A stretch of DNA of 63,535 nucleotides, filler included, from Phoronis australis (Eukaryota > Animalia > Phoronida): the NCBI GenBank assembly GCA_002633005.1. It is 9 parts of 9 records of this genome, joined end to end, with 100 filler letters (N's around TTAATTAATTAA, not from the genome) between each part and the next. Parts side by side here need not be neighbours in the genome. Positions count along the whole stretch, not along the records: positions 37,230 to 40,585 come from NMRA01003071.1; positions 40,686 to 47,953 come from NMRA01002043.1; positions 48,054 to 51,563 come from NMRA01000041.1; positions 51,664 to 58,895 come from NMRA01001353.1; 5 more parts are not named here. One strand, given 5' to 3'. Positions 39,601 through 52,337 of this stretch are shown here, piece by piece. Position 1 is the stretch's first letter; every line of letters begins with the position of its first letter. Under the pieces are notes generated by a model, which was not told the DNA's origin, did no database searches, and saw nothing but the letters and a program-made list of their open reading frames with translations. Made by a program: the position numbers and the translations under genes.

Positions 39601-40685
39601 GCATCGCACAGGTATCCTTTTTCTTATTGATTTGTTTTTAACTATAGAGCAATGTTGTCAGTTACGAATTGTGAATAGACCTCATCTCCTTCGATAAAAA
39701 TGTATATTCTATCATTCCTTAAGGACTTACCGTGACGTTCCATACTCCATCGTTCCTTAAAGATTGCATCGGCGGATTTAAGGGTGTAGCGTTCGCTCTT
39801 TACAAAAAAGAAGAAAAGATAAAAATCGCCGCCGGTATAATAGTTTCGAGAGCTTACGTGAATGTTTTCCTTTGAAAGTTGAGGTTGGGCCCCAAGAGTC
39901 ATCCAAAATCCGTCAGCAGTTGGAATTGGAATAAACGAATGGTGATTATGCCTTGAAACTGTCGGGCAGACCACGATTCATATACGCCTGAACCACGCGA
40001 TTACTTGCTCATGGAACTCACCCGGTGCACGAAAAACAGTATGCGCTCGAACAAAAATCATTTGCACGAACCGCGAAATCAAGTCCAATTATATCATGTG
40101 CTGGGTTCAGGCTAATCCTATGACTCTACTTTTGATGCTTGTTAGAGCGATTAATTTTGTTGTTCAATTGCATTTAAGTTGAAAGCTAACATGTTAAAAC
40201 AGCGTGTATTATCTGACTTATACATCCGGTCAGAGCTATCTCCTTTTAGACAAAACAGTTTTTATTTATCTTGACTTAAAAACGGTTTTTGCTGACCTGA
40301 TTTTGAGCGGGCTCACGAAAAAAATGCTTTCGATTTCCCCTTGTTGTTTGGCAGTTCTCGGTGAGCTGACTCAAGATCGGGCCGTCTCGCACGTGTGATG
40401 TTTCTGGTATGTGATCCGAAGTTCTTTCGGTCCTTACATCTTCATAATTAACGTTTGCAAACTGAGGGCGTAAATCTAGGGTTACGGGACGTGTTAAAAA
40501 CTCGGAGCTTCAGTTGGGTTAGATGTCGCTCACGGTGTTGTGATACGAGACGTTGTTATAGATTATGTACGTGACAATTGTTGCANNNNNNNNNNNNNNN
40601 NNNNNNNNNNNNNNNNNNNNNNNNNNNNNTTAATTAATTAANNNNNNNNNNNNNNNNNNNNNNNNNNNNNNNNNNNNNNNNNNNN

Positions 40686-40997
40686 TGACTTTGATTACTG
40701 TGGCGCCTCCTTGTGGCAGATTTTTTTTTGCGCCCATGGCTATATCTCCCAAACCGTTTGCAGGATCTTTACTAAATTTAGCAAGTGTATTTATGTGATG
40801 TTGACAACGGACGGTGACGACTTTAGGATGATTCTGACTACCGGTATGCCTCTAGTGGCAATTTAAGTATTTTAAGTATTTTACATTGACCTCTGTATTT
40901 TCATACGTCTTAAGGTGTATACTTTGTTTTACTTCGTGACTATGAAGTATACGGTGCAATTGTGGGCGCAGTTCAACGCTCTGCGTTGCTCTTGTTT
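40686..40997 (+). mobile_element. Second copy (one end) of the same DINE-1/HINE-like family
   Basis: CGGTGCAATTGTGGGCGCAGTTCAACGCTCTGCGTTGCTCTTGTT (about 40951-40996) is the near-exact reverse complement of 34232-34277. Confidence 0.75.
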
Positions 40998-41515
40998 AAA
41001 TAGGTGACCGCATTTGTCAAAATTTATTTCCGTTCTACTGGTTCATCACCCGTTGTATGTTGGTGTTATTGCATTTACGGTAGAGAATTTTCACTTGGTG
41101 ACGGAAGATCATGTCCTAAAATTCAATTAACGTTGTTGACATCATGTAGAAAAGAAAAATCGTGGACAATGTGCTGAAAAATGCTGCTCTGTCCATCATT
41201 TTTCACGAGAAGATACTTGTACTGTTATCTATGTGAGTGCTGGTAAAGCAGACTCATGTGGAAGGCATCCAAAATGGCCAACTGATGGCATCACAGATGC
41301 CCAAATTGTTCATTCGCATTCCATTGTTGTTAAATAATCTGACTTAAATTGCTCCTTGCTGTCTCCCTAAGTATTTAAGCATGATACTGAAACAAACTCA
41401 CAGAGAGGGCATTCATTGTTGGCAAGTGACAGCCTCCCAGATGTTTGACATCTTCGTTCATTATATTAATTCACGCCTTTTCAGCCTCGTTTCACTCACC
41501 TCCCTCTTTCTACAG

Positions 41516-44500
41516 GTACGTGAGCGTGTTGGTGGAGCTGACACGTATGGAGGGCACCCGCCATGGCCGACTCATCGCCTCCCAGATGTTGGATGTCGCC
41601 ATTCGAGTCCAAGCCATTCGTCCCTTCGCCGTCGGCCAGATGGCAGTACTGTTAGAGAATGCCTGCGTTCTCGCCAACAATGCACAGAGAAACGGCATAG
41701 CCGAGGTGCTGTACGCAGCCGCATGGATCTGTGGAGAGTTCTCTGAGTACGTTCCTTTGCAAAGTTGTACTTAGTATCTAAAAAAATTGCCTTTGTAACC
41801 TCTAATCCAGCCTTTTCTCATGGCCACTTTTAGTTCAATACACATGTAATAGTCCTGCTCTCACACTGTTGATACAGACTTGAGAGTTAGATTTAACATT
41901 AATAGACTTAAATTTTATACAGACTTGGGTTTTGCCTAGCTAGTTTCACCAAACACACTGTGGTATTGGGTCTTCTCTTTTTGCTTGTATGCTTAACGAT
42001 CAAATTTAGGATAGCTTATGACTGGCTCACACGTTGAAAAACACCAAAAACATGGTTTACCCAATGTAAAATAGATGAATAAAATCTGTCTGGCTGCCAC
42101 TTTTATGAAGCACTCACTGAAAGTTACCTAAGTATGGTTATGGTGAGTGCCCTTGCTCATGTTAAGTCACTGCTGTTCAGAATCAGCTTTTTAATTTCTG
42201 CCAAACATTGTTCCGTCTCATTCCAGACACTTGGCTGATCCCAAGTCGACACTTGAGTCTATGTTGCGGGCCAAGGTGACTAGCCTGCCTGGGCACATCC
42301 AGAGTGTCTATGTACAGAATGTACTCAAGCTGTACTCACGCATTCTGCATCAGGCTGAGGATGAAGACGACGGCGAACTGACCCGAGAGGTCACGCAGCT
42401 GCTGACGGACAAGCTGCCTATGTTTGTGCAAAGTGCCGACCTTGAGGTGCAGGAGAGGGTAAGTAATAATAGCCTAGGGGAACTGGGCGAATGTAGACGG
42501 GTGTTGATGTGGTGAGTTTAAGTTGGGGAGCCGGCTATACAGGCCTCATATTTGGGTGAGAAAATCATGCTTGTAAAGCCCTAGTTATGGGTTTGGAAAT
42601 TAGTCTGACCATCAAATACAATTTGGGAATGATACTGTCTAAAAAGAAATGCATGCTGTCTAGAAATTAGAGCCAAGTCCTTAAAGTAGAACATTACCAA
42701 AAAGGTTTGTATTTATTTTCAGTACTACTAAGAATTCATTGTATGGTTTACTCCCAATATGTGTCATTGCTAAAATTTGACATGTCAATGAAAATAAAAC
42801 AGCAGAAGAAAGGACAACCAGAGGATCTACAAAGTCTACAAATGCAATGTAAACTNNNNNNNNNNNNNNNNNNNNNNNNNNNNNNNNNNNNNNNNNNNNN
42901 NNNNNNNNNNNNNNNNNNNNNNNNNNNNNNNNNNNNNNNNNNNNNNNNNNNNNNNNNNNNNNNNNNNNNNNNNNNNNNNNNNNNNNNNNNNNNNNNNNNN
43001 NNNNNNNNNNNNNNNNNNNNNNNNNNNNNNNNNNNNNNNNNNNNNNNNNNNNNNNNNNNNNNNNNNNNNNNNNNNNNNNNNNNNNNNNNNNNNNNNNNNN
43101 NNNNNNNNNNNNNNNNNNNNNNNNNNNNNNNNNNNNNNNNNNNNNNNNNNNNNNNNNNNNNGCAATTTTGTTTATAGCCATTTAATGCCATGATTCTCTG
43201 CTTTTCAAGACAACACATTTCAAAGATAACTTAAGAGTCAGAAACTGAAAAGAAATATCATTGCGCATTTTCAGTCTCTTGCTTTGTTTGTCCTTTTCCC
43301 CTAGGATTCAAAATGTAAGTTGAACCTTTGATGTTTTCGAATCTAAGCATTGAGAAACTATTGGTCTAGTAAAACTGGAACATAATTTTCAACAATTTTT
43401 ATTGTGAAATCATGAACTTCACTCAAACACCATTATGGAATCTAATTGCAATTATACATACAATACTAACAAGGATCTCAAAATTCAGTACGTGGCGCTA
43501 GTGAACCAACAGTTCCACTAGTAGAAATAAACACATTCAGAACAAGTGGAATTGTTCCACAAGTGCCCCAATGCTGGTGAACAACTTTCTGTACTTGATC
43601 CATTACAGGGCTCGACGCTATTAAAATCGCCAGGTCACATTTTGCGACCTAGCCAAAATCCCAGATCGCATTTTAAAAATCCAGCTCGCGTTTGTAATTG
43701 CCAGGTCGCAAAATTTCCCCGCCATTTTACGCGCCAAAATTGATTTTTTAGATCATCGAGAAAATGTTTAGATTATGCTCTTACCTGCAGCGTTAAATAC
43801 TCACAAATTTCAGATCGCAAAATTGACTTCGTTCATGCAGGTACGGCGTTACTGTTCTTCACGACCGCCATTGAAAGGCTCTAGAGCGCAAGTTGCCGAC
43901 GTGAATCAGTGCTCTCTAACTGAAACGTACATTCGAGTAGCTAAGTTTTGCGATGTGAAAAGGGAGAAATGTCCGTCGAAAAAGTATCTGGGATTTTGCT
44001 AGGTCTGACCTGCTACTGGCTGTCATCAAAGTCGTTAAAGATTCAAACTAACTCGGAGTACAAATTCCCTCCACTTTTTGTTCGCAGCCTAAATTTTGCA
44101 ATTTAACTCGACGTTTGAAAGACATCTGACGAATAAAATCCGTGAAACGATGCTCTTAACCAAATTTCACAACAAAAATGTGGTTCTTATGCTGTTTATG
44201 TACTCAACAATTAGTTTTCCATGAAATGAATAGCCTCGAAATAATTCCCGACTCCCTCCGTGCGGTTTTCCATCGGGTAATGGCGAGGTTGCTCCTCAGT
44301 ACCTTCCAAGTACGGGAAAAATAGGTCAGTCACAAAACGAAACGCTTGTCACTAGTGTTAACTTTCTTTCGGATCGTCAGAGATCGATTCTGCATATTTC
44401 ATGTTCACGCGACTTCCTTGCAGGTCATGGAGAGGGCTGTTTTCGGTTAGTGTTCTTTTGAGTTGCTTTATATTTGCCTGGTATACGCCGAGAATTTTAA

Positions 44501-47500
44501 AACTCAGCTCGCATTCATTGTAAATTCCAGGTAGCATTTTGCGACTTGATACGACCTGACAAAAATCTCAATTCGCATTTTCGAATTTCAGGTCGCAAAT
44601 GCGACCTGCAGCTCGTTATGTCGAGCCCTGTATAAAGCAACAAAATCTGCTGCGGTTTGATGATTTTATTATATATCACCAATACTAGTCGTCGTCTGCC
44701 AGCCATTTGCTGAAGTCAAGGCCGACGACTTCGATGATTAAATAAGCTTAAAATAATTTACCATTTGTCTTTTAGGTTCATTTCCACTAGTAAAGCATTG
44801 AATTGTGACTGCTGCGGTTAAGAGCTCAATTTGACGTTGAGTCTGATTTCAGAAAACCCTTTTCTCATCCATAATGACATTTTGTTGCACAATCATGTAA
44901 TCTGCTAAAACCGTTGCTGTTTTCTGCTATGTTATGTATTTCAGTTTATTAACAAATGCATTTCCTTATTAGTCTTGGAATCTTCACAGTTTGATATTCA
45001 GTGTAATTTGGTGCCTAGTGTTTGGGTAATCAGTTTTAACTTGTTGCTTCTAGCCTGGACCTGGACAAGTGGATCAATGAGCCCCCTAAAGAGAGTTCTG
45101 ATGAAGAAGAACCTGTTAGAGGCAACCTGTTCACTAATGTGGAAGAGCACGGGTAAGATTTGCTTAATATGTTGAAAGAAATTAGGGTGCTGGGTGGATT
45201 TTGTTCAATGAATTGTGTACTAGGTAATTTTGTTAGAAGACTCCTTATGTTGGACAGGTCATGCGTTTGCCCACATTAATTTAATTTAGGGAGTTTGCCT
45301 TCTCCATGAGCTACAGTACCATTCACTGAAAGTAAAAAAGAAACATTCATTAAAAGTTTCCTACTTCTTCCATATTTTTGTAGCTGTGCACAGTTTCAGT
45401 ACGTTTTCAGTGTTCCCAGCCAGGCTAACCTCTGATCTGTATTGTTCCTGCATTCTCACCTCATTTATACTCGCGTGTTTCAGAATGAACTATCAGCTGG
45501 AGTCGCGTAAGCAGCACCAACCGTCCCCTGAGGAGATCGAGCAGCAGCGCATGCAGCGGCTGCAGGATCAGGCCAGTAATCCCTTCTACATCAAGGGCTC
45601 CACCAAGAAGACAGTTAAACACGTTGAAGATATTCCCGTCACGGCCATTGACCTCTCTGTACCTCTTCATGTCCCAGGTAAGCGTGCCAGCTGTGACCTT
45701 GATTAACTTGAAACTTCACCTGTTTTATTAAAGACCGTTAGTCCAGTTGTAGCTAAGACGATCATTTACACGTTTTTGCTAATGCATCATTTCATTTATG
45801 AGATTGGAATGATGTAACTGAAATTAAGTTGATTAATTTTGATATACTGATTTAACGACTGCAAATTAAATTCAAAGTCATTCTTTGTTTTTTTTGTGAT
45901 AAAATGTTTAAATAATAGATAGCATCCAAGCCCAAAAATTCATTTGGTATTGTCCCGCGTTGTTTGAATTGTCTTGAAGAAAGTCAAGTGAGCATGTAAA
46001 CCTGTAGTTATTGTTTTGTCAGGCATGACGTCATCGGACAAATATCTGCAACTGCAGAAGGATGAACTCAACCGCAAGTCAAAGTCAAAATCAAGCAAGT
46101 CGAAGAAGAAGAAGAAGAATAGGAAGAAGAAAGGCCAGCCTCAGTCGGAGTCGGAAGATGATGAGGTTGAGATTATGCATGAAGTCAGTACAGCCATGGA
46201 CATGCCCGAGGTGAGACAACAAGCTGTGAGGGAAGTGAACAGTAGGGGGGTCAACTTAGAAGGGTGTTACACCCAGCTGTAGTTAGGCTGTTGCTGGCTT
46301 CCACCTCGTAAAAAGTGGCCTGTGAAGATAGTTATCAGTTTCAACATGAACTCATGTTAGACTTGTATTGATTTCAGTGTTTTGTTCCCACAGTGTGTTA
46401 CGTTGGCAGTTACTTGTGTGTGGTCAGCTTAACTAGACGCAGGTGAATAATTTTTGACAAAAAAGTTGCAGATGAAAAGTTGGGTGTAATTTACTGAGCA
46501 TGCTGCTCGACAATTATGCATTTCACTGCCAACATTTGTGTGTGTGTGTTCATGTATGTGTGTGCGCATGTGTGTGTGTGTGTTCATGTATGTGTGCGCG
46601 CATGTGTGTGTATGTGTTCATGTATGTGTGCGCGAATGTGTGTGCGCATGTGTGTGTATTAATTTGGTCATGTCTAGCTACGGATTGAATAAGAATTGTG
46701 GAATGAGATATTTCCACTCACCGGACAAATTAACATTTTAATTTAGTCAACGTCAAGCATCTTGTTGGCAGTGCTTTCAATGTCTCACTCAGACACTTTG
46801 ATATGCAGGGTGTTGCATTGTCAGACAACGAAGACAGCCATGCCAATGAAGAATACAGTGCTCTCGACATCAACCTAGATGAGTAAGTACTGGGTCTGAC
46901 TTAACAGCGATCTCGTGCTAGCAGTGCTTTTTAACACAGGATTTTTTATCTGCCTTAACTCTGGAGTCTTGTAGTTGTGCAATTATTGTAGCTTTTAATC
47001 AAGTACACGGTGATTGACAATTGCATTCTCTGTTTTGTTTAGCCAATGGTTTGTGCATGCTGCTCTTCAGTTTGCTCAGTTGGTCAGAGTATAGTTCAGT
47101 TGTAATACTTATGACACTTCACTTATTTTGTTTGACAATACTATGACTTTATTTTGATTACTCGGTATGTGTAGTATTGTGCTACACTTTATAAAGAAAT
47201 TTAGTTGCTATCATAAATGGATTACTGGCTAGAAGCTGAATTGCGGTAATCCGTGTTGGTGGTGGAGACAGAGGTAGTGCGTCATTATATTAAGCAATAT
47301 TTCTCAGTATTGCTCAGCATTGCCCATCCAGTTTATTCTCTTAATTTAGATTATTTTATTTTACTGGGCTCATCGTGCCATGCATTGTACTCTCCTAGTG
47401 TCAAATATGGCTGACTCACTTTTAGGCCGTTACGAGATGATGAGCAACTGCCGGTGCGCAGGCACAGAGAGGTCACAGAGACACCGGTGGTGGTAGAGGA

Positions 47501-47950
47501 ACGCGAGCCAAGCAAGACAAAGAAAAAGCATAAACACAAATCTGGAGACAAGAAAGAGAAAAAGGAGAAAAAGGTTTATTTTTGTTAACGTAATTCAAAT
47601 GCTTGATGCAGCGAGAAAGTCTCAAAGTCATAGGCGGACATGCTTTACTGCAGCTATAACTACAGTTCAAATTTATCATTTTGTAACACAGATTTAAAAC
47701 ATATCTAAGTCATAGATCTGATCATTTTTATCGGGAAATGGTGTTTTTTGTAATCGGTGTACTCGTTTTCCTGATAATGCAATGTTGAAGTAGTTTTTGT
47801 TTTTGAACACCTGCAGACCAATTGTTCCCAAATCCAATATTTATTTCAAAAGTATACTAAACTAGACACTTTCCATAAAAGGGCAAGAAGAAAAAGACGA
47901 CTAAGTCAGAGCCAGAAGAGGCTTTGACCCCTGATCTCCTAGCCTCTGAG
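41516..47950 (+). CDS. AP3D1: AP-3 complex subunit delta, internal exons (partial gene)
   Basis: Exons 41516-41746, 42227-42458, [one exon missing, presumably in N gap 42856-43161], 45054-45152, 45484-45677, 46023-46210, 46809-46882, 47426-47573 and probably 47882-47950. Signature sequences: [102 protein letters not shown]. Confidence 0.95.
43606..44630. mobile_element. About 1-kb non-autonomous DNA transposon in an AP3D1 intron
   Basis: Perfect 11-bp TIR CAGGGCTCGAC...GTCGAGCCCTG, repeated subterminal CAGGTCGCA/TGCGACCT motifs at both ends, TA on both flanks. Confidence 0.8.
46537..46657. repeat. Compound (TG)n-type microsatellite
   Basis: TGTGTG runs interrupted by TTCATGTA and CGCA. Confidence 0.92.
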
Positions 47951-48099
47951 GTGNNNNNNNNNNNNNNNNNNNNNNNNNNNNNNNNNNNNNNNNNNNNTTA
48001 ATTAATTAANNNNNNNNNNNNNNNNNNNNNNNNNNNNNNNNNNNNNNNNNNNNATCACTTTGGGCTATAGTACCCCTAAATACCACACATGGCTCCATT

Positions 48100-51000
48100 T
48101 TGTAAAAAGCCGATTATGTCCTCCGCAGTGAACAGGGTTAGACATGAACTCGACAAATGTAGGTTATTTTGATTTACAGTTGTTTTACTTTGCAATTTCC
48201 TCATGGGTATTTCTTCACACATATTCAAGTCAGATTTTCTGTTGATCAAATGTTCATGCAATGCATTGTAATATCAAATGAATGATAAGTTTGGTGGCAT
48301 GACCGCAGTTTTTCCCACGACTTAAAACAAAAGACCGCAGAAATTTTCCTGACGAAATACCGGGTTTGCAGTTCTCTAAAAACATTCGAATGACAAGACA
48401 AACTCCACCACTGTCTGTGGCAACTCGTCGCATGTTTTTCGCCCATCGGTCCTATGAGTGTTTTCCATTGTTGTGTCACTGTTGGATATAACAACACAGG
48501 TCGCATGGATATAGAACCTTGCGTACATCAGACCGTTGCTGATAAGTGCTTGTCATTATATCTTTATTATAACAATGAAGATGCTAATCTATTGATCTCT
48601 ATGCGACCAGGTTTCCCGTGGATGACCACAGAAGAGGAATCCCAAAGTATCCACAAACTATGACCACGCACCTTAGTAACTATTACCGCGCACACGAATC
48701 CTTTCCGTGGAACCTAAACACTAAATTTTTATATCCGTGTATTGTGTTGTATTGCTCATGGTACGGGTTCAGAGACTCTGTTTTATTAAGATTCCAATCC
48801 CCAACCCAATCTGTAGTTTGAGTAAAATTTCAAGACAATGCAGGTTTATGGATTTATTCTCCTTAAAATGAAGAGTAAAAATCAAAGTCTGCACAGGTTT
48901 TTTAAAAGTAATCACTTATTGGAAGATCACACATCTAAAAAATAAAACAATGTTTGACAATTTNATCTGAATGGCTGACCCCCCACCTTGCCGCTTGTTG
49001 GCTGTACAGTGGTCGGTGGATCCGTGGACTGATACTTAATACTCAATCTCAGAGCATATTTACAGAAATCATTATGAACTTTTTCAATAGATTCATACAT
49101 TGATGTTCCCCATATTTCTGCACCATATGCTAACATGGGCATTATCATAGAGTCAAAGACTTTAAAATGCACTCTATGGGAAATACAGTTAAGTTTTGAC
49201 AGAGTGGCTTTAATAACGTTCATTGCTTTTTGAGCTTGGCTTGCAAGTACTCTACAACACTCTGTCCATTTAAGTCTGCAGGAGAATGTGACTCCTAGGT
49301 ACTTGTAGTACGATTTCGTATCTACTTTCTTATCGCCAAAAACCCACCTTTCATTACTTGAAAGTATGCCCCCTCGCTTAAATACCAAAACTCTCGACAA
49401 AACTGTTCGAGGACATTGAGCTTCGTCTGTAGCCCAGCAACAGTATTCGCCACCAGCACTAAATCATCAGCAAAAACAGAGAACCTATTTCACAACCCGG
49501 AGAGACACGTATACCTCTGCCTACATTTTCTCTAATATCAGACACTAGTGTGCTAAAACAAACACCGAGAACAGCCAGGGACTTAAAACACATCCTTGCC
49601 GGACACCAACTGTACAGTTGAAATAGGGTGTGGTCTGGGACTGTACCATAACACACGATTGTATAGAGTCGTACATACTGCGCAAAATGTTAAATATTTT
49701 TCATGCAAACCTTTGGTTAAAAGGGCATAAAATAAACGGGAAATATCTACACTATCAAATGCCTTACTAAAATCAACGAATCCACAATACACTTTCCCCT
49801 TAGTGACATGTTTCTGGAGGATACACTGTAGGTTAAAAATGTTATCGATTGTAGAGTACCCAGTCCTTAAGTCTGCTTGTTCTTCCGGGATACATTTCGT
49901 GTTATTCGACCATTCAATTATATGGGAATAAAGAATAGTTGTAAAAATTTTATTAATACTATCTATAACGGAGATCCCTCTGTAATTATTTGGATTAAGT
50001 TTGTCTCTTTTTTTGTAACACGGCACAATAATACTTTTTGACCATTGGGACGGATAATGCCCGGTGTTGAAAATTCTACTAAACAGTTTTTGGAGAAGTT
50101 CTACTAGGGCCTCAGAATTCAGCCGGTATGCCATCTTCTCCGGGAGACTTATTATTCTTTTGTTTCTTAATGGCCCTTACTATTTCATCTGCGCTAATAC
50201 CGACATTTAGTTCATCCATGTCAACGACACTGCTTACAACACGCTCACTCTGTGGGTGCCTGCAACGCTCACACTGTGCGTCATGCTCATCAAGAGTCTG
50301 TCTAACTAGGTCATCGAAAGTTTCACAGCAACCTTCTGTTCTGTTAGTATCAAACAGGTTACTGAAATATCTAAACCACTCCAATTCAGTAATATTATTA
50401 TTATCAGGCTTTGTAGTGTGTACTGGCTCTGACAAGCTTTGTTTTATAATATTCCAAAATCTATTAGGATTTCCCACTGACTCACAAAGCTCACTTTCTT
50501 TACTGGTATGGTATCGCGTTTTCGTCTTCTTACATAACTTTTTGTACTCATTTCTACTATCAAGATAATTTCTCAGGTCTAAGTCACTCCGAGACACCCT
50601 GAATTTTTGCAGTAGACGCTTATTTTGTAGTTTCATCTCTTTACATTCACTGTCAAACCATGCAGGTCTATGTGGTTCACTTACACACCTGTCTTGCCTC
50701 ATGAGCATGCCCGCTCCACATCACTGGAACAAGTCTAATAAGCCTTTAACACTCTCATTTATGTCAATATCAACACAGCTCAAACTTGTAATTTCTCGAC
50801 ACTTATCGTTTCCTTCCTGGCTTTGTAATTTTTCTAAAATACACCTGCTTTCTCGTTATGCCATCTATATCTTACTCGTTTTTGCAATGCTATATAAGGT
50901 TCACCAGTAACTTTCTGACATGATTTTTCAGGGGTACTGATGGTACAAATTAATGGAAAATGCAACCTTAAATCACATTGCAATACTTTAAAGTCTTGAA

Positions 51001-51220
51001 TGTACTTGAACAACGATGTCTCGGCAAGAACATAACCAGTTGCGTTACAACCTCTCGTCAAAACAAAAGTAAAATTGCCATCTGGATCACATTTCGATCT
51101 ACCATTAACTTTGTGGATACCATGACCCATACACAAATCAATGGGGCTATTCGGAAAATCTACAATCACCGTGCGTGTACTAGTGCTGATAGATTAACAG
51201 CCTCGATTTCGCGAGCCCTT
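48100..51220 (-). mobile_element. Degenerate CR1/L2-group LINE ORF2 (end of AP endonuclease plus RT), multiple frameshifts
   Basis: In order on the minus strand: NGRSKCDPDGNFTF, PAWFDSEC, KNNKSPGEDGIPAEF, WSKSIIVPCYKK.DKLNPNNYRGIS, RTGYSTIDNIF, FVDFSKAFDSV, GVRQGCVLSP, LFADD, YKYLGVTF, LAYGAEIWG. Confidence 0.9.
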
Positions 51221-52337
51221 TAAATACATGGTGAAATGGCTTGCAGCCGTGCCAACTGAATCTGAGATTGCGTAAAAAGGGTGCTTCTATGAGAGGAAGT
51301 GAGCACGACCTCATACAAAGGTAAGGTTTGTGATCATTTTAACGATTATTACATGATTATTCTACCGATGCCTGTTAACTGAGGCACTCGCCGATGTCGA
51401 CTTCGCGGCAGTCAGTCGCCAGCCAGAGTCTGGTTAATCTTTGTATGTTGTGATATGTGATACGATACTTGACGTAGCAATCGGGATCTTTTCGTACATC
51501 AAAGCATTATTATTGTTTGGAATGATTTCTAAAAGTTTATCAGTGACAGTTACATCAATCAATNNNNNNNNNNNNNNNNNNNNNNNNNNNNNNNNNNNNN
51601 NNNNNNNTTAATTAATTAANNNNNNNNNNNNNNNNNNNNNNNNNNNNNNNNNNNNNNNNNNNNGGTCAATTTTAGTGCGTCAACAAAAAGTCGAGATGAA
51701 ATACAAATTCACACAGATGCTCAACGAAATCAATTCCCAAGCACAGCAATGGCTTCAATTCCACTAATTATGATCATTCAAAGTCACAAACTGGCTTCCA
51801 GCTCTGTGAGTGTTGGCATTCTTTTTGTCTTTTTGAACATTCTTGTCCTGTGTGAAAAAACCACGACGGAAGGTATTTATTATTTTTTTTTATAGAATGA
51901 CTCCAGATAAAAAACAGACGTGATTTAGTTATTCATATGTGAGTACAAATTGGTGTGCAAAGTATCAACTTAATTGATGAAAGTGCCTCCGCCAACATTT
52001 TGCAATTTTGCAGGTTTTCTCAGATAATGCCTCTTAAGTACTCAATCTTAATACCGAACAAACCAGCATGGAATGGAGGTCAACGGTTTCATAAATATAG
52101 ATGAACTACCAAAGCAGCTTAGATGACACTGCTTTTCTGTCATGACAATAACTTGAATATACTAAGCCTGTCTAGTAACACAAAATACGTTGTTATCCTG
52201 ACTCAGACATCTTTTCTGACTAAACATCTGAAAATGGTTGACAATCTATTGAAACATGTCAAAGTTCTTGTATTCAAACAATTCTGAATTCAATCAGGTG
52301 TCACGAATATTAAATAGCGAGATGTGACAAGAAATAA

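Noticed and set aside
37230-40585. Short ORFs in this contig
   Set aside because: No motifs, codon pattern or exon chain recognised; treated as non-coding or unclassified repeat.
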